Positions 26,641 through 40,531 of a stretch of DNA of 64,000 nucleotides are shown here, piece after piece. Positions within the stretch are counted from its first letter, which is position 1. Each line of letters starts with the position of its first letter. Under the pieces are notes generated by a model. It had not been told where the DNA came from, did not search any database, and saw nothing but the letters and a program-made list of their open reading frames with translations. Position numbers and translations under genes: made by a program. Source of the DNA: Phoronis australis (lineage: Eukaryota > Animalia > Phoronida); contig NMRA01000084.1 in NCBI GenBank assembly GCA_002633005.1, positions 998,817 through 1,062,816 on the forward strand, written 5' to 3'.

Positions 26641-29600
26641 ATGGATGAAACAACAGTGCCTGGAAGTGTTCAGCACATCAGGACACCTTGCGTGTTCAAG
26701 AATACAGTACAACATTGGGCTGCATCAAAATGGACACCAGAGGTTCTTGCTGATATTTTGAAGACAACGGAGCTGGTTTTTCGTTTGGGACCACAGGACT
26801 GGTATAAACATGGTAGTTCTCAGTACAATCTTGTAAACACTTACAAATATCACTCGTATACATTTTCAACTTCAAACCAAAGCTGGTTTCCAAGATCAGA
26901 TACGGTAACGACTCAGTGTATTGTGAAGTCGTCTAGACTTGTGATCCTTTGTTAGAGAGCTCCGGCACCATCCATACCCGGAATTAATATGTACCCTAGT
27001 TACCAATTAGTATGTACCCTAGTTACCAATTAATATGTACCCTAGTTACCAATTAATATTTACCCTAGTTACCAAAACCCAGTGGAATTAGTTTCATCAG
27101 TTGATATCAACTGCTTTAAACTAAATCGTTTTTGGCTAAAACATTTTTCGCATTCCATCAAAAAACAATACATTAACTTTTCAAGGCGAATTCAATTCCA
27201 TAAACTAAACATATTGAAATATCACCATTTTTCATCCATGATAATTCAGTTTGTTTTAGCCAGTATGTTATTACACTAAAGTCATCTCTTTTAATTTTTA
27301 TGGTATCGAAGGATTCTTTCTACTAGCTGAGATCTGCGTACAATTGATGCATTACTCATGTTGTGGTATTGGCTAAGTTTCTAATGTAAAACTTTTGGCT
27401 ATTTTCTGATATTAAGCCCAAGGTTTATATTTGGATAATGGCACATTTTTACACAGTATCCCAAATATAAACCCAGCTGTGCTCTTGGAAACATGGTGCC
27501 TGTTTACTTAGGAAAGTAAACCCCATTTTGATGATTTCAACTAATCTTCGCTCCGTCACCTGCTAAACCATCAATGGCATCAGTCTTCCTCCAGGGGGCG
27601 CCTGAACGCCGTTGTAAAACTATTAGTGACAGAAAGGTGTAAACATGAAAAATAAAGCTCACATGGTGCGAAGCTATACATACGGAACTAAATGACAAAT
27701 TTAAAATATATCGGTCTTTTTACACCAACGTGTATTTGATGCACTCACGTTGATAAATGACAATTACTTTTTCAAACTTTATTTTTTCTTTCAGTTGTCA
27801 GGTGAACACTAAATGATAGCATGAGACCATATTTTCTTAATCAGTTTTCTTAAAATGATACTAAACGGTTTTCTGGTGATTTCAAGTAATCTTCATCACG
27901 TTCTGTCAGCTGTTAACGTGTCATTGGCGTCAACTTTCCAAGTTAAAGGCAGGAATCAAACTAAAAAGTCATTCTCCCTGTGTCACAGACTGGACATTAT
28001 GGGCCTTGGTGGGTGGTCTTGTCCCACAGTTGCTGTGTAATTCGCTAAAAGCATCTAGGTCAATGTTTTCCCGTTTAGCAGACTTGAAAGGAGTTTTCAA
28101 ATTTTCCTCCAAACTTTCGAGGGTTGTTGAGGGTTACAAAGCATTACTTTGTTTCAGAGAACTGGATGAGAAAGTCGTTTTTAGTATTTTTATAGGCCAA
28201 AACTGGGTTTTGTATCCTTTTTAGACGTGTCAGTGACTTGGATATGGTACAAGAACCAATATGTCGTTTCGAAAGTTTGTGAAACAAAAGTACTGTTTGT
28301 CCACATGGTAATTAATGAAGATAATGGAAAACACGGTTAAATAATATCACTTGTGCTTCCTTTGATTTGACAGTCGTCAACACTATTTTGGGAAACCTTA
28401 GAAGTTTTAAAACGTTTTTATTGTGGGTTTCGGGGAGACTTGTTTGCAGAACTCCCAGATAGTGGAAGCCTTTTAAGCATGTGCTCAAGCTCGAGAAAGA
28501 GCCCTGTAGATAGTGTTGCATTCGAGATACGTTCTTGGCCAGAGTTACCCATTTCTACTTGTGCACAGCTGGTTACATCAAAATGTTAAAATGGAATCGG
28601 TCGTTCGTGACAGTTTTATTATTTATTTTGACCATGCATGTTATGTTGTGTGGAAGTACGGAGAAAATGTTCTAAATTTTTCGAATGTTTTATTGTAAAA
28701 TCATGTCACATGACACTTAATTTTCCAATCCACGAATGGCACATGTTTTGCACAACACAAAGCACAAACTGATTTTTGTTTGGAAACACTTGTTACAGAG
28801 AGATTACTATGAAGCCAATTTTCCTCGCACTTATACCCTTTATGTTGTCCACACTGTCAATGTAAACTGCAAAGTTAACAAATTAACTTTCGGGTAATCA
28901 CCACGTGATATATGCTATCTCTAGTGAAGTTGTCACAAGGTGGCGCTAATATAGCAAACAAGTAGTGGAGAGTATTGGCTGCCCTTTTTGGTCTATTGCC
29001 TCACATTAGACTGACTTGGTTTGTGCTCTAGATGCCTCTGAATGATGAAGAAATATATGATCTCGCTATAATAAATTGCGTTTGGCTAAAATTTCACTAT
29101 TTCATATTCTTTTTTTTGATACGCCCTACTAAAATTTCTCCATTTCATATTTTATGTATCCTCAGGTGTTCTTTTTGAGGGTGACTGCCACTACCACACA
29201 TCTTCATTGTCGGACATGTTGGAATGGGATGCTGGTTCCAGCGATACAACGTTTACAGGATACAAACCTGAAACCAGTTGGTGTTACCTGGACTACCGCC
29301 ACATGAAGGCATTGTTTGAGGACCAGCCTGACATTTTGGCAGTATGTAATTATTAATCAACAAGTTGTTGTTGTGCTTTATACAGTAATTTGTGGAAGTC
29401 GTACACCCAGCCATATTTGAAAACCCTTAGTTTTGGTTCCTCAAAGTGACTTTAAAGGAGAATGCCACTCGATTTAATTAGTCTTTTATACCATCTTAAT
29501 TGGTCTATATCCACATCACCTCACATATGGTGGATCTTACCTTGCCGAGAGGTGTCGCGTTGACCTGTGGGGAAGGTGAGAAACGATGCAGCGACGTCAG

Positions 29601-32600
29601 TGGTTCTTCTGCAGAGTGAGTGCTGCTATGGTGTGGTGTATCGTTCCTGCTTGTGTGAACTATGAAGCTGCGAGGAAAGCGGGTATATCATATTTTTTTG
29701 ACTTCCTCAACTCATCTGTTAGGTTTGAAACTTTCAAATGTTTTCAATCGACTCTTTTTTGGTATCTTATTGATCATACTGCTAATATTCATTCTTTTAT
29801 CTAGAAAATTCCCTGTTCGCCTTCAATTCTTATTTTGGTTGAAAATTTGTTGGGGAATTGTCTGTAATATTGGTGGTAATCTCTTGTACTAATCTTATGA
29901 GTCAGCCACAGTTGTCCATGATATATGTGCAGAATGTTGACCTAATTTCATGGTACATGTGCAGTACACTAAGTGACATCTTGTGACAAACTCACTGTAA
30001 ATCTTTGTGCAGAGCAGAGTATTGTCTTTGTACTAGGTTTTCAGATGCCACAGAAACAGTAGCGAAAGTTTTAACGTCAAATTCTAGTTAAACTTTTTTG
30101 ATAGCACTTGGACGGACTTCGATGTACTACAACAAATGACACTTGTGTACATAAAACTCAGTCTCAAAATTATCAAAACAAACAATGACCTATTTGTAAG
30201 TGCAAAATCATTGCACAATGAATTCTTACTACTCATTTATATTCAAACTTCTGAAAATGTGTGACCTAAATTGGGTCAGGGATGTGTGTCATTTTTCTTA
30301 GTTGCAGTAGGCTGTCGTTGTTGCTCCTAAATTTGCTTTAACCAGGTATTTTTATACTTGATTAGATCCTAATTATTGGGAATATGGTGAATATCTTTTC
30401 CACTTTTGTTATTTACTTTCTGGTAAATTCCCTGTTGTTCCCCGTCATGACGGATGGCTGCTTACGGTAAAATCTCATCAATGGCTTGGCTCCAGCATAT
30501 CTCAGCTGAAAATTCAATAGCAGTCAAGCTGTATATTCTACACGTTCTTCTGTCGCTGGAATTCTATTAGCCCAGAAATTAAATGGTCCAATTCAATAAA
30601 TACTTTTAAACTTAATATTAAAAAGTGGCTGTAATTTACCTAACCTTTTTGTACTCTACCTGTCTTAATCATGTCATTTTTTTCTCATTGTCATAAATAT
30701 TCTCACTGTTTAGAGTCATTTCATTACATATTTCGTCTCTCTTAGTTAAATTTTCACCATTCTTTTTCATTTATTTATTGTCTTAATTCTCAACCTGTTT
30801 TAATTGTATCTTTTTCACGTATATTTAAGTGTTGTTTTTATTACTTCATTGTATTAATATAACTGTTTTTGTTGTTGAGGGACCTCTTGGAAAGCAGTGC
30901 TATCACTGAATAGGTCACCCTCATTTTAAATATCACAATAAATAAATAAGTAAATTTTGGATAAAAATAATTGCAAAAATTGATAATTTTTCATTATTTT
31001 TTAAAACACTTGAATGGTTCTTGTGAATGCCCTCATTTTCTCATAATCATTGTTTTGTGGTAGCTATTGTATAGAATTTTAGAAAAGAAGCATTTATTCG
31101 CTGTTACTTATCTTTTATGAAACAGTGGGAAAACAGAATTTAATTTGTTGGCCATATTGTGTCCTAAATTGATGAGATTTTACTGTACTCTGTTAATTTT
31201 GCGCTCAACTGTCATGATTGTAAATTCCATTTAGTATGCTCAGTCATCATGACACCAAATCCACTTGTGCGCAGCTATCGTGGCGGGACATTTGTTTGAT
31301 TTCTTTTGACGTTTAATGTTAACTATGCAGGCTGTGGACTGGGGTTGCTATGGCCTGCCCGGGCGAGATGGTCGAGAGAGCACTCTGTGGGTGGGAACCG
31401 CCGGTGCCCACACCCCATGTCACAGCGACACCTATGGGTACAACTTGGTTGCCCAGATATATGGCAGGTGAGAAATTGGTTTTGTTTAGTTAATGATTAA
31501 AGCTACATTCTGTCAAATCTCTCTGACAATGCATAATGCAAGCATGTTTGCTTTTCTATAATTACTCAGTGTATTTCGTCTTGCTATTAGAAGTGACAAG
31601 TGATTTTAATCGATACTCATTCATTAGTAGTGTAACCTCATAACACTAAATAGTCGTGAGGGACCGTCCGGAGTTGGTATATGGTGCAACTCGGGACGGT
31701 CTTGGGTCAACAGAAAACCACAGTTCAACTGTGAGTCTACACCAATGTGATAAACGAGATTAGTTCTACTTGCTGCGTCAGCTACAGGTATGGTTATCTC
31801 TTTTATGACACACAATGTGTGACTGAGCAAAGCGTTTTCAAAATGATGTGGATAAATCAGTGGAGTGTGAGACCCTGAGGTCCCTGTCAAGTCCTCACTA
31901 CAATTCTACATTATGTCCTAATTAGCCAATAAACTCGGACAGGGCTGAAGATCCATAAAAATAATTTTGCACAGTTTCTGTGAAATGGGAAGAATTGGAA
32001 GAAATTCTGAGTGCAGGGGTAAACTACTTGATGTGTGCGATGGAACTAACAAAATCAAATTCCTCCAGGTACTTATTGGACCATTTATGCTAAATGGTCT
32101 TCTCTGGTTATATTGTTTTTGCTTCTTTTTTGCCTCGAATTAGTTGTCTGCCATGTTGTGCACCAAGATTTTTGACCTGATGAGGTTATTTTAGTACTTA
32201 ACTGAATGCCAGCCAATGAGCTAAGTGAATGTATGCAGTTTGCGTGTTCAGCACTTAGTGAAAAATCCAAATGGTGCAGTATCAATATTGAATCTCCGAC
32301 TGAATATTAAGTACTTTTGAAACGCCTGATTTCTGTGCACTTGTAATGTCTGAGGACGAATTTCTTCTCGCGATCGTAATATGTATGACTATTGTGTACT
32401 TGTCAATATGTGCAATGCGGGTGTGATATGCATGACACTAGATCTTGCATTTTCAGCGTACAGTGTAGACTTCCAACTCAGTCTTAGTTTACTGACTAAA
32501 TGTCAGTTGGAACATCGTCGTCAAATTATGACATGCATTCACGTCATTCCATTCCAGAAAGAAGTGGCTGTTATTCTCACCAGAGGACAGCACCTGCCTT

Positions 32601-35600
32601 TACCCAACGCGTATCCCCTATGAGGAATCAAGTGTTTTCAGTCAAGTTAACGTGAAGTCACCAGATTTCAACAAGTATCCCAACTTTAAGGTAATTCTTA
32701 CTTCTCAAAGTTGTTCAAATCTTCTGTATGGCTATAATCAAATGCGTTTCTCCTAAGTTGGTATGCATGGGGTAACTCTTCAATGGTAAGGTTGCTTTGT
32801 ATAAATGACAAGTATTGGTAGTGTCCCTTGGATTCCAATGGTCCCAGATAATATGGGAGTCTAGTTTGAAAATTCTTCCAGATGAAGAGTGAAATTCCTT
32901 TTCCTGAATTCTTGCAGTATTTCCAGCATCTCATGATCATTTTGTTTATTACGATTGTATCTTAAACTTGTATGAAATCATACAATTGTATTTTAACCTT
33001 GTATGAAATCATATTGCTTCCTATGCAGAGCGCCACTCTAAATAATGTTTCAATTTCCGGAAATTCTGTTATCGTGCGATTCCGCCATGGGAATGCAGTT
33101 TTGAAATTCATGTCCAAATGTTTCGCAATTCAGTGCGACCCCGAAATCCCATTTTTTGAAATTCGTGAGACCAAGATGGCCTGTTTTTTCTTAAGGTGTC
33201 CAATGTCTTTGCCAAAACAAGGAGGCATCTCTGTTGTGTGCAATTATTTTTGAATAACAGCATGATTCAGTCCATAATGTAATGTTTTTTCTAGAATGCC
33301 AAACCTGTGGAATTTACCCTTGAACCCGGAGACGTGTTATACGTACCTAAGCAGTGGTGGCACTTTGTAGAATCCCTGGACACTACAATTAGTATTAACT
33401 CTTGGATTGAACTTGTGAGTTGTTTACAACAAGCAAAATGTCAAATGAACTTGTGAGGTGGTTACTTGGTGCAAAATGTCGGATGCACAGTTTTTGGCTG
33501 CTGATACATTAGCAGAGACAAAAATTTGGTGCTCACCAGACGTCTTTACTGTACCACGAAACCAGCCATTAGATGTAATCTCTCAAAACGAGTTACTTTG
33601 TGATGCATTAATAGATGTATAGCCGGACTACATGCATCTTACTTGCCTCATCTTTAAAAATGTTAATTTGGTTTTTACATTTTTTGTAGTATGGCGAGTC
33701 TGCAGTTGTAATTTTACATTTTACATCTACAGATTAGCTCTGCAAACTTTAGTTTTTGACTAAGACCTAATAATTTCCAATTATCGCCCTATGTGATCAT
33801 TGGTGTGATGCTCACTTACTAGTCTAAGACTATATTGAGTTAGAGTTGCTCTATACTGCTTAATCCTTTCATCACTGGATTAGTATTGACTTTGTAGCAG
33901 AATATTACAAAAATGTCCATCATCAACGTTTCAATATAATCACAAAATCTTTGTCAAGGAAAAATTACACATAATTTTACACGATTCATATGTCAACAAT
34001 TTCTGTGTTACTGTAAGTCCATTGATTAAAGTATTCTCAGATAGTCGTAAAGTGTGTTTTGTTTTCAGCCTGAAGATGATACTACACGTGTCTCTGAAGC
34101 CATTACTCGAATTCTTGTGATGTCGCTGATGTCAGAGCAGCCGTTGTGCGACTGGCTCAATCCTACCCAGGTCAGTTTTCCTGTTAACGTATTCGCCCTA
34201 ATAAGTGCCTATGCTCCTATAAGCGCCCCCCCCACATGTTTTCAGACTTGGCTGAAATAAGCGCCTAGCCCATGATCACATACATGCAAAAAATGCCTTA
34301 CCTACAGTCCTAAAATTTTACAGTGACATCTTCAATTTATCAACAAGATCCGGCAGTCCTGGATAAATCATTATGTACAGAATTTTTAGACCACCAGCCT
34401 CGCCACTATGTTGGTGTTTAGCCGTGACTATACACTTCAAACTTCTAGCATGTTTGAAAAAGAACGCAAAAGTTTTGCTGATCTCACGAGGAACATGTTC
34501 CACTATGGTCTGGTCTTTCATAATGGACACGATAATGTACTTGCCAAAGAGATTGAATCTTTCACATACAGTTTACAATTCTCCCTCAACAGGATTCCAA
34601 ATTTCTTTGTACACGTGAAAACCGCAAATCGAAGACGCCGGGTACTCACTGTGCCATTCAGCTGACGACCATCTCATGAATAAAAAAACTTTTTAAAAGC
34701 ACGTGGCCATGAAGCGTGTGCTACATACCTGTCATTGCAGATATTAGTCTTGGGGAACTATTCACGAAATTACAAGTAGCATAGCATCGGCAAGAAGTAA
34801 ACATTGACACTAATTTCCCAAAGTTTCTTATGCCGTAAAAAACTGTTGCGTTATTTTTAAGAGGAATTGTTTTATTAATCACTTTTTTGATTTATTCATA
34901 TTTGGTGTTTTTAAAGTCAAATACTTGATGAAATACCCCACTGATAGTGAACACCTCTGCACGCTTACGCCCAAATCTCTCGGAAAGTAATTGATTATCA
35001 GACTGTCACGCATCCAGTCACCCGGCGACTCATCGGCCTTACTGTGACAATTCTCGCACGTAGAGGATGAGACCAGCAAGTGCTAAATTAGACGCGTTCT
35101 GCATTATCGCTTTTCTTTAGTTACAATGCACACCTACTAGATCGTTACATTGCGTTTACGCCGGCAAATGAACACTGAAGACACGCACACCCTTGCTCAC
35201 TCTCACACACTTGGACGATCTTCAAAACAAACGTAACATGACAACGTATGCTTGTCTAGTTATTTTTCTTGTGATGCAGTGTGCGATCTTGTGCAGATTT
35301 AGACTTAACCTGCTGTTAATCCCGACGTCTTAGAAACTTAATAAAAATCTTATGGACGCTATTTGGAAAACTTTAAGTGATGATTTCAGTTAATTTGTTG
35401 AGTCGAAACTGTTTTTTTTATTTAGACAAGCTGCCATATCGACGATCGCGAGGCAGTGACACATCCACGAGTGTTTGCCCTGGGATTTCAGCACTATTTT
35501 CTGTAAAATGATCGTAATTTAATAACAAAGTTTGATAGCACTGTCACAGAGCGTAAATACTAGCTTTCAATTTCACCCATTTCGGAAACCAAGTTTCAAA

Positions 35601-37765
35601 CACCTTAGGTTACAATAAAGGCCCCCCTGAAATAAATTTTCCATGCTCAGGCGCTTATTAGGGCCAATACTGTAAGACTCATGGGGTTGCCTGGCAACCG
35701 TACAAGACAAAAGATACCAGACAAAATACCATTTTTCCCCAACTTGACGGCTAGTTGTGTTAACAGCAAAAACGACTGGTAATGGCAGCAGCAAATTTCT
35801 TATTAAAGAATGATTTAGCCAGCTAACTAACTGTTGATTCCCATCATTCTCTGTCAGCAGGGGAGACTACTCTGGCAATGAATTTGACTTCCATCTGGCT
35901 GTCATGACGGGGCATTTCAGGTCATTTTGTCTGAACACTTTTGTTGTGTACCATATAAGCAGTAATATCATTTCATTGTCCTAACTGGTGATTCTGCTCG
36001 CAATGAAAAATTCTGGTGACTTCAGTTGTCATGATTTTTCATTTGGGGGCTAGACTAACTTTCCTGTAAATTTTTCGTTCATTCGTGGTCATGATGAATG
36101 GTTGATATGATAGTGCTCAACTATCAAGATGGGAAATTGTGGGTCAGTTGTATGCCCCCAGGTTGAAAATTGGTGGATATGTTGCTGCTGAAAAGACGAC
36201 TACTGAGGTTGATTTCCGAACGGGTCCAACTATTGTGGTACCCCTTGTGGCAATATTTTTGAATCTGCAGCTGTATCTCCTTAACCGCTTGCAGGATTTT
36301 TTTTTGAAATTTGGCACTGAGAGTTTTTATATGAATGTTGCAACAAATGACGACACCTTTTGGGCAGATTTCAGTTTTGCTGCGCCCTCTAGTGGCACTT
36401 TTATTTTTTTTTACAATTTTACGTCAGTCTTTTCATTGAAGGAATTTCATGAAATTTGACAAATAGCTTTCTATTAAGGAGAAAACAACACCTTTCTATT
36501 TCGAGACGGATTAGTCATATTCCGCATAACCTAGGGTCCATTTTAGTTACTTTTGAGTGTTTTGTGGCGTCACCTTCTCCAGCCGCTTTAGTGCTCATTA
36601 TCTTGGATTTAACTATTTACAGAGTGTAGTCCACATGCAATTTCGCTTTTAAAAGTTGCAAAAATCTGCACCTTTTGTCAACTGCCAACTTTTAGTCTGG
36701 GTCGCTTAAAAGGGTACTAAACGTTTTTTAATGTACTTTGCTAAAGTGGCAAGCGTGACCTACGCTTTTAGCAAAGTACATGGCAACTGTTGGAAAAGAC
36801 CATCCACCAAAGACCATAATGTCCAATCTGTGACAAATGGAGCATGAGTTTAGGTTGATTCCTTTCTTTAAGTTGGATGATTGACATCGATGATGCACTG
36901 GCAGGTGACAGAACAAGGAGCATTATTTTGTTTCAGAGAACTGGACAAGAAAGTCGTTTTTAGTATCTGTTAAGAGGCAAACTCCAGATTTGGTACATGC
37001 ATCCTTTTAACCAAAAGTCAGTCTCATCTTGTTTACACAGATGAGAAATGATTTCTAGGCTTGAAAAGAACTGGCTAGTCATTACTGCTTCTGACCAAGC
37101 TGCTCACGGCGGGTTAGTTTCAGTTGCCAAAGCAGCATCGCCACCTGGGTATTCCAGGCGATTTATTGTAACCAGCCTTATCCAAACAGAGAATATAAGT
37201 ACCCGACGACATTGCTTCGGAAGAGAAAACATGTCTGTAAAGAAAGTAGATGTTTGTAACACCAGGACATACTTTTTTGAAAAACTTTAAGTGTGCTTTC
37301 AACTGTTTTTTCCAGGAAGCAAGTTGTATGGAGGACAACTTATCATTGCTGTCCTCAGCACTAAGAAATGTTTCAACTAGATTAGACCAGGCGGACACAG
37401 AACCTGATAACAAGAGGACAAAGTTTGAAGCAGGAAACGGAGCATCTGAAACCACTTCAGGTATTAAGGATGGAAGGGGCAGTCTGGGACAGTGCCACTT
37501 ATGTAGCTGTTGTGGCCGGGAATTGGGAAGCAGCGAACTGGAAGTACCTAAGTACGGAGATGGTAATCAATGCCAACAATGTGAAGGAGTGGACCTTGGA
37601 CAGTCTGCCACAGTGATCGAGTCTTCATCTTTGGAGCATGGAGACAGAAAGAACACTAGTGTAAGAGACATTAACCTGAAGGATTTTGTGAGCTGTTTGA
37701 CTTGTCCAGAGATGGTGGCGTTGTTGGCTGAAAAGCTCGAGGATGTGACTGATAGAAAGCTATGA
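26641..37765 (+). CDS. HSPBAP1: HSPB1-associated protein 1 (JmjC/cupin 2-oxoglutarate oxygenase family)
   Basis: GT-AG exons in consistent phase: 26641-26812, 29166-29341, 31331-31467, 32558-32690, 33295-33414, 34069-34170, 37316-37765. Motifs: STLWVG..GAHTPCHSDTYGYNLVAQIYGRKKW, LYPTRIPYEESSVFS, LEPGDVLYVPKQWWHFVES, RVSEAITR, WLNPT. The HxD...H metal triad is intact. Confidence 0.93.
26983..27074. repeat. 23-bp minisatellite, ~4 copies
   Basis: (AATTAATATGTACCCTAGTTACC)x4 with single-base variants. Confidence 0.9.
27943..28225. repeat. Interspersed repeat (possible Kolobok-type MITE), related copy at ~36710-37010
   Basis: Begins TTAA-AGGCAGG. ~27945-28085 resembles the reverse complement of ~36735-36870, and 28150-28223 resembles 36929-37008 directly. 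Confidence 0.45.
29456..29710 (+). mobile_element. Truncated Kolobok-type end fragment with THAP N-terminus
   Basis: TTAA|AGGAGAATGCCAC terminus; ATG at 29628 gives MVWCIVPACVNYEAARKAGISYF(F)DF, a typical THAP start (CxxxxCxN...FxF). Confidence 0.55.
30460..30950 (+). mobile_element. L2/CR1/Crack-type LINE 3' remnant
   Basis: NGLAPAYLS-type RT C-terminal peptide at ~30480; 3' stem-loop GAGGGACC...GGTCACCCTC; AATA-repeat tail at ~30938-30949. Confidence 0.55.
34187..35672 (-). mobile_element. TA-TSD DNA transposon (Tc1/mariner/pogo-like ends) carrying a HIRAN-domain pseudogene, in HSPBAP1 intron 6
   Basis: TIRs (A)CGTATTCGCCCTAATAAGTGCCT / AGGCGCTTATTAGGGCCAATACTG, flanked by TA. The minus strand at ~34680-34318 reads SSICGFHVYKEIWNPVEGEL*TVCERFN...IVEHVPREISK...GGLKI. 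Confidence 0.7.
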
Positions 37766-38049
37766 TGCTTGTAACCTGTAACACACATTTAACAAGGGGT
37801 AGCAAACTTGGTATGTTCAGTTACTAGTGAAAAGGTACCTTAACAAATGTCGGACTTAGGTGGACTTAGGTGGTTCATAACTTCTCTATATTAATAATTT
37901 GCTATGAATCCTTGCAACAGATGTATTGTCAATGGTTGTGAGTATCTTGGACATCTCTGACTGAAATCTGATTAAAGGCTTGTCTTTATTTTACCGCTAG
38001 TTTGAAGTCAAAGGCAAATTAAAAGAATATTTTATTGGGTTAGATCTTT

Positions 38050-40531
38050 CTGGCTTTTGTTGGTGTGCTTTTCAGTTGAAAAGGATGGTAACAAGGAAAC
38101 CACAGTGATCTGTGTGTGACTTGACCAGTATGTTAGGTTCAGTCTGCACACCTTCCGTTTAGATACAAGTGTTAAGTTGGATTTTGCGTTGACTGAAGGA
38201 AGCTCTTCAGGGTTCATTGGGGTTGGACAACGCTAAAATTGCGCATTCAAAATGACACAGGTACGCATTGTCTGTGACTTTGGTTGGTGCCATAAATGAA
38301 ACCCTGTCTCTGTGAGACCCAGTTTATCAGAGTAGAAGACCTAATTCCTTTTTCAGCCAGATAAGCAACTGTAAATTGAATCAAGAGATTTGTACAATTT
38401 CCGCTTTTCCCGTCAAGAATGAGGCCTGCTAGGAGATGTGAATGCGGTCTAAGCTGATATTTTTAGTGTGAGCATTGTCAAGACATTTTTGATAGGCCTA
38501 AGAATTAATAACTTTGTTTCTTATATGCTTTGGTAGGAACCTTATTTCACGAGATACTGGTCCCTTTCCCCGCATGAAGTAATTTTTCTACATACATTTA
38601 TAAGCTCCTTAATATTCCCTTGATATACTACATTATGGAAGATAGCAGACTTTAAAAAATGGTCGTTGTTTATCAAGGATTGACTTTGAGTGCCACCCAC
38701 GCAGAGCGCATTCAAAGATTTTAAATGGCACAGTGAATTAAATGTTGTCCTTGGCGCTTTCCTGAGAAAGAAACTTAAAGACCAACTATTTTATGATAAC
38801 TTACATTTTATGGCTATAAGAACAAAGTCGAAGTAACAAGATCTATTCAGGCAAATGAAAGATTTACTAATTTGGAAAGCAATATTAACTTGGGTGGTGT
38901 CCGTCAAGGTAATTTCAAAATTTCATTTGATAAGTCTGGAAAGGCCCAACCAGTTTCTATCAATAAAGACCATGCCCTGACAATAATTAGTCCAGCACCT
39001 CCTGGTTGTGAGTCTTCGTATCCACATGTGCTGCAAAACCTGTGTAGCAATGTGCCAATGAAGAACACTAATTTCCAGTGTTAAGGACTATCTAAACTTA
39101 CTGATGATATTACAGAGCTGCAGTGTGTGCAGTTGATTTGGCACAGTCTGTATTGCATGTTTGAAGTTCTGCACAAGGAGCCTAGACATATTTTAAAAGA
39201 GCAATCTCCTGTCGGGTCTCTTAAAGCATCTGACTATACATTTTCGTATTCCAAACAGCAGCTGCTATCATACAAATTCCATGCTGAATGGTTTTATCAG
39301 CTTTTTTGCCTACGGTATTCAGCCAAAAGACTCGCGCCTTACATGCTGAAATTTGTAGATTACGCGCCATACTTCTTGACAAATCTTGAATTCCCGATCT
39401 GTAGGTTTTCTACCGAAGAAGAACACACAAATTATCGCCATAACATGTTTTATTACAACCACGCGACACGAAATTGTGGAAATTCATCAGATGATTCACA
39501 TTTTTCTATACTGTTGTCTCAGTGGAGGAAGTTGTACTGCGACATTTCCAATGGAGACCCACAAGCATACAAAGCATTTAGCGCTTACATTGACAACCAC
39601 AGTAAAACAAAGGCCACCCAAATAATTGCTCGCAAGTTTTTTTGTTCTGGAGCAAAGTACGCAAAAGTGGATTGTTGCTCACTCCAACTAATAATTCTGA
39701 ACGATCGGCCAACGATGCAAAATTGCAAGCCATTTCATCACTCACATCACAACAAATGTCTTTTTCTCGGGAAAGGAAGCTTCTTCATGGCATGTCTTTC
39801 ATTTTGTCTGGTAATATTCCAAAGTTCAATAACCAAAATTATTCACATGAACAGTTGAAAGAACTGATCGTTTCTAATGGTGTCAGGAAAGGCATGACTT
39901 ACTGGACTAAAAAGGAAGTCTAAGTTACGTCGTTTTAGTTAACCTACCAAAACCACCAAAGCCTCCTGTTGTTGTTCGCGAAGCTGTTCATAGTGGACAC
40001 ACTGTTCTAAATTTTCAGTTTCTCTATGATATCATCAGCAAATCTGAGGTCCAGGATGCACAAGCATATGTACCTGAAGTAGTTGACAAGCTAAAGAAAA
40101 AGTTCACAGTTGCTCCCTCCCAATATAGACTCAATTCAAGCAAAAGGGCCAGAATGATTTCCTTGCTGAAAACAAGGAAACGAAGAAAGAGGTGTTTAAA
40201 AACAAAGAAGACGCCCAGGAATGTACACTTGTTCTATACTAAAGTCAAAATTCAAGAATTGTTAAAGACTCAGCGAAATTTCCGTGATGTTCCACAATTA
40301 ACATCAAAGTTTTCCAAACAGTTTTCAGCTTTACCTGCGGATATCAAAGCTAAATACAAAGAGATGTGGTTAAAAGCCAAGGAAGAGGAGACGTGTCGTT
40401 TGAAAGAGAATGCAGACCTTCGTCAATACAACACTTGCCAGCAACCCAATTGTATGTCTATTTTGTTGTCCCATAGCAGTGTGCAAAAGTCCAGCAAGTA
40501 CGTTGTGCCTGTACCAGAATTGCCTGTGTAG
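38050..40531 (+). pseudogene. Degenerate Transib/RAG1-like DDE transposase with C-terminal BRCT-like and HMG-box-like domains
   Basis: Frameshifted, stop-containing reading: LGLDNAKI (~38220), YDNLH (38792-38806), LAPYMLKFVDYAPYF...RFSTEEEHTN (~39331-39432), BRCT-like LHGMSFILSG...LKELIVSNG...AVHSGHTVLNFQFLYDII...AY (~39783-40070), HMG-like TPRNVHLFYTK...FSKQFSALPADIKAKYKEMW (~40210-40370). Left boundary approximate; TIRs not found. Confidence 0.6.

Noticed and set aside
26983-27074. Regular 23-bp repeats resembling a CRISPR array
   Set aside because: Units are contiguous with no unique spacers, and the context is a eukaryotic intron; it is a minisatellite.
38101-38140. CACAGTG heptamers (38101, 38729) near the RAG1-like remnant as possible RSS/TIR
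   Set aside because: No nonamer at a 12 or 23 spacer, no inverted partner, and both appear to lie inside the coding trace.
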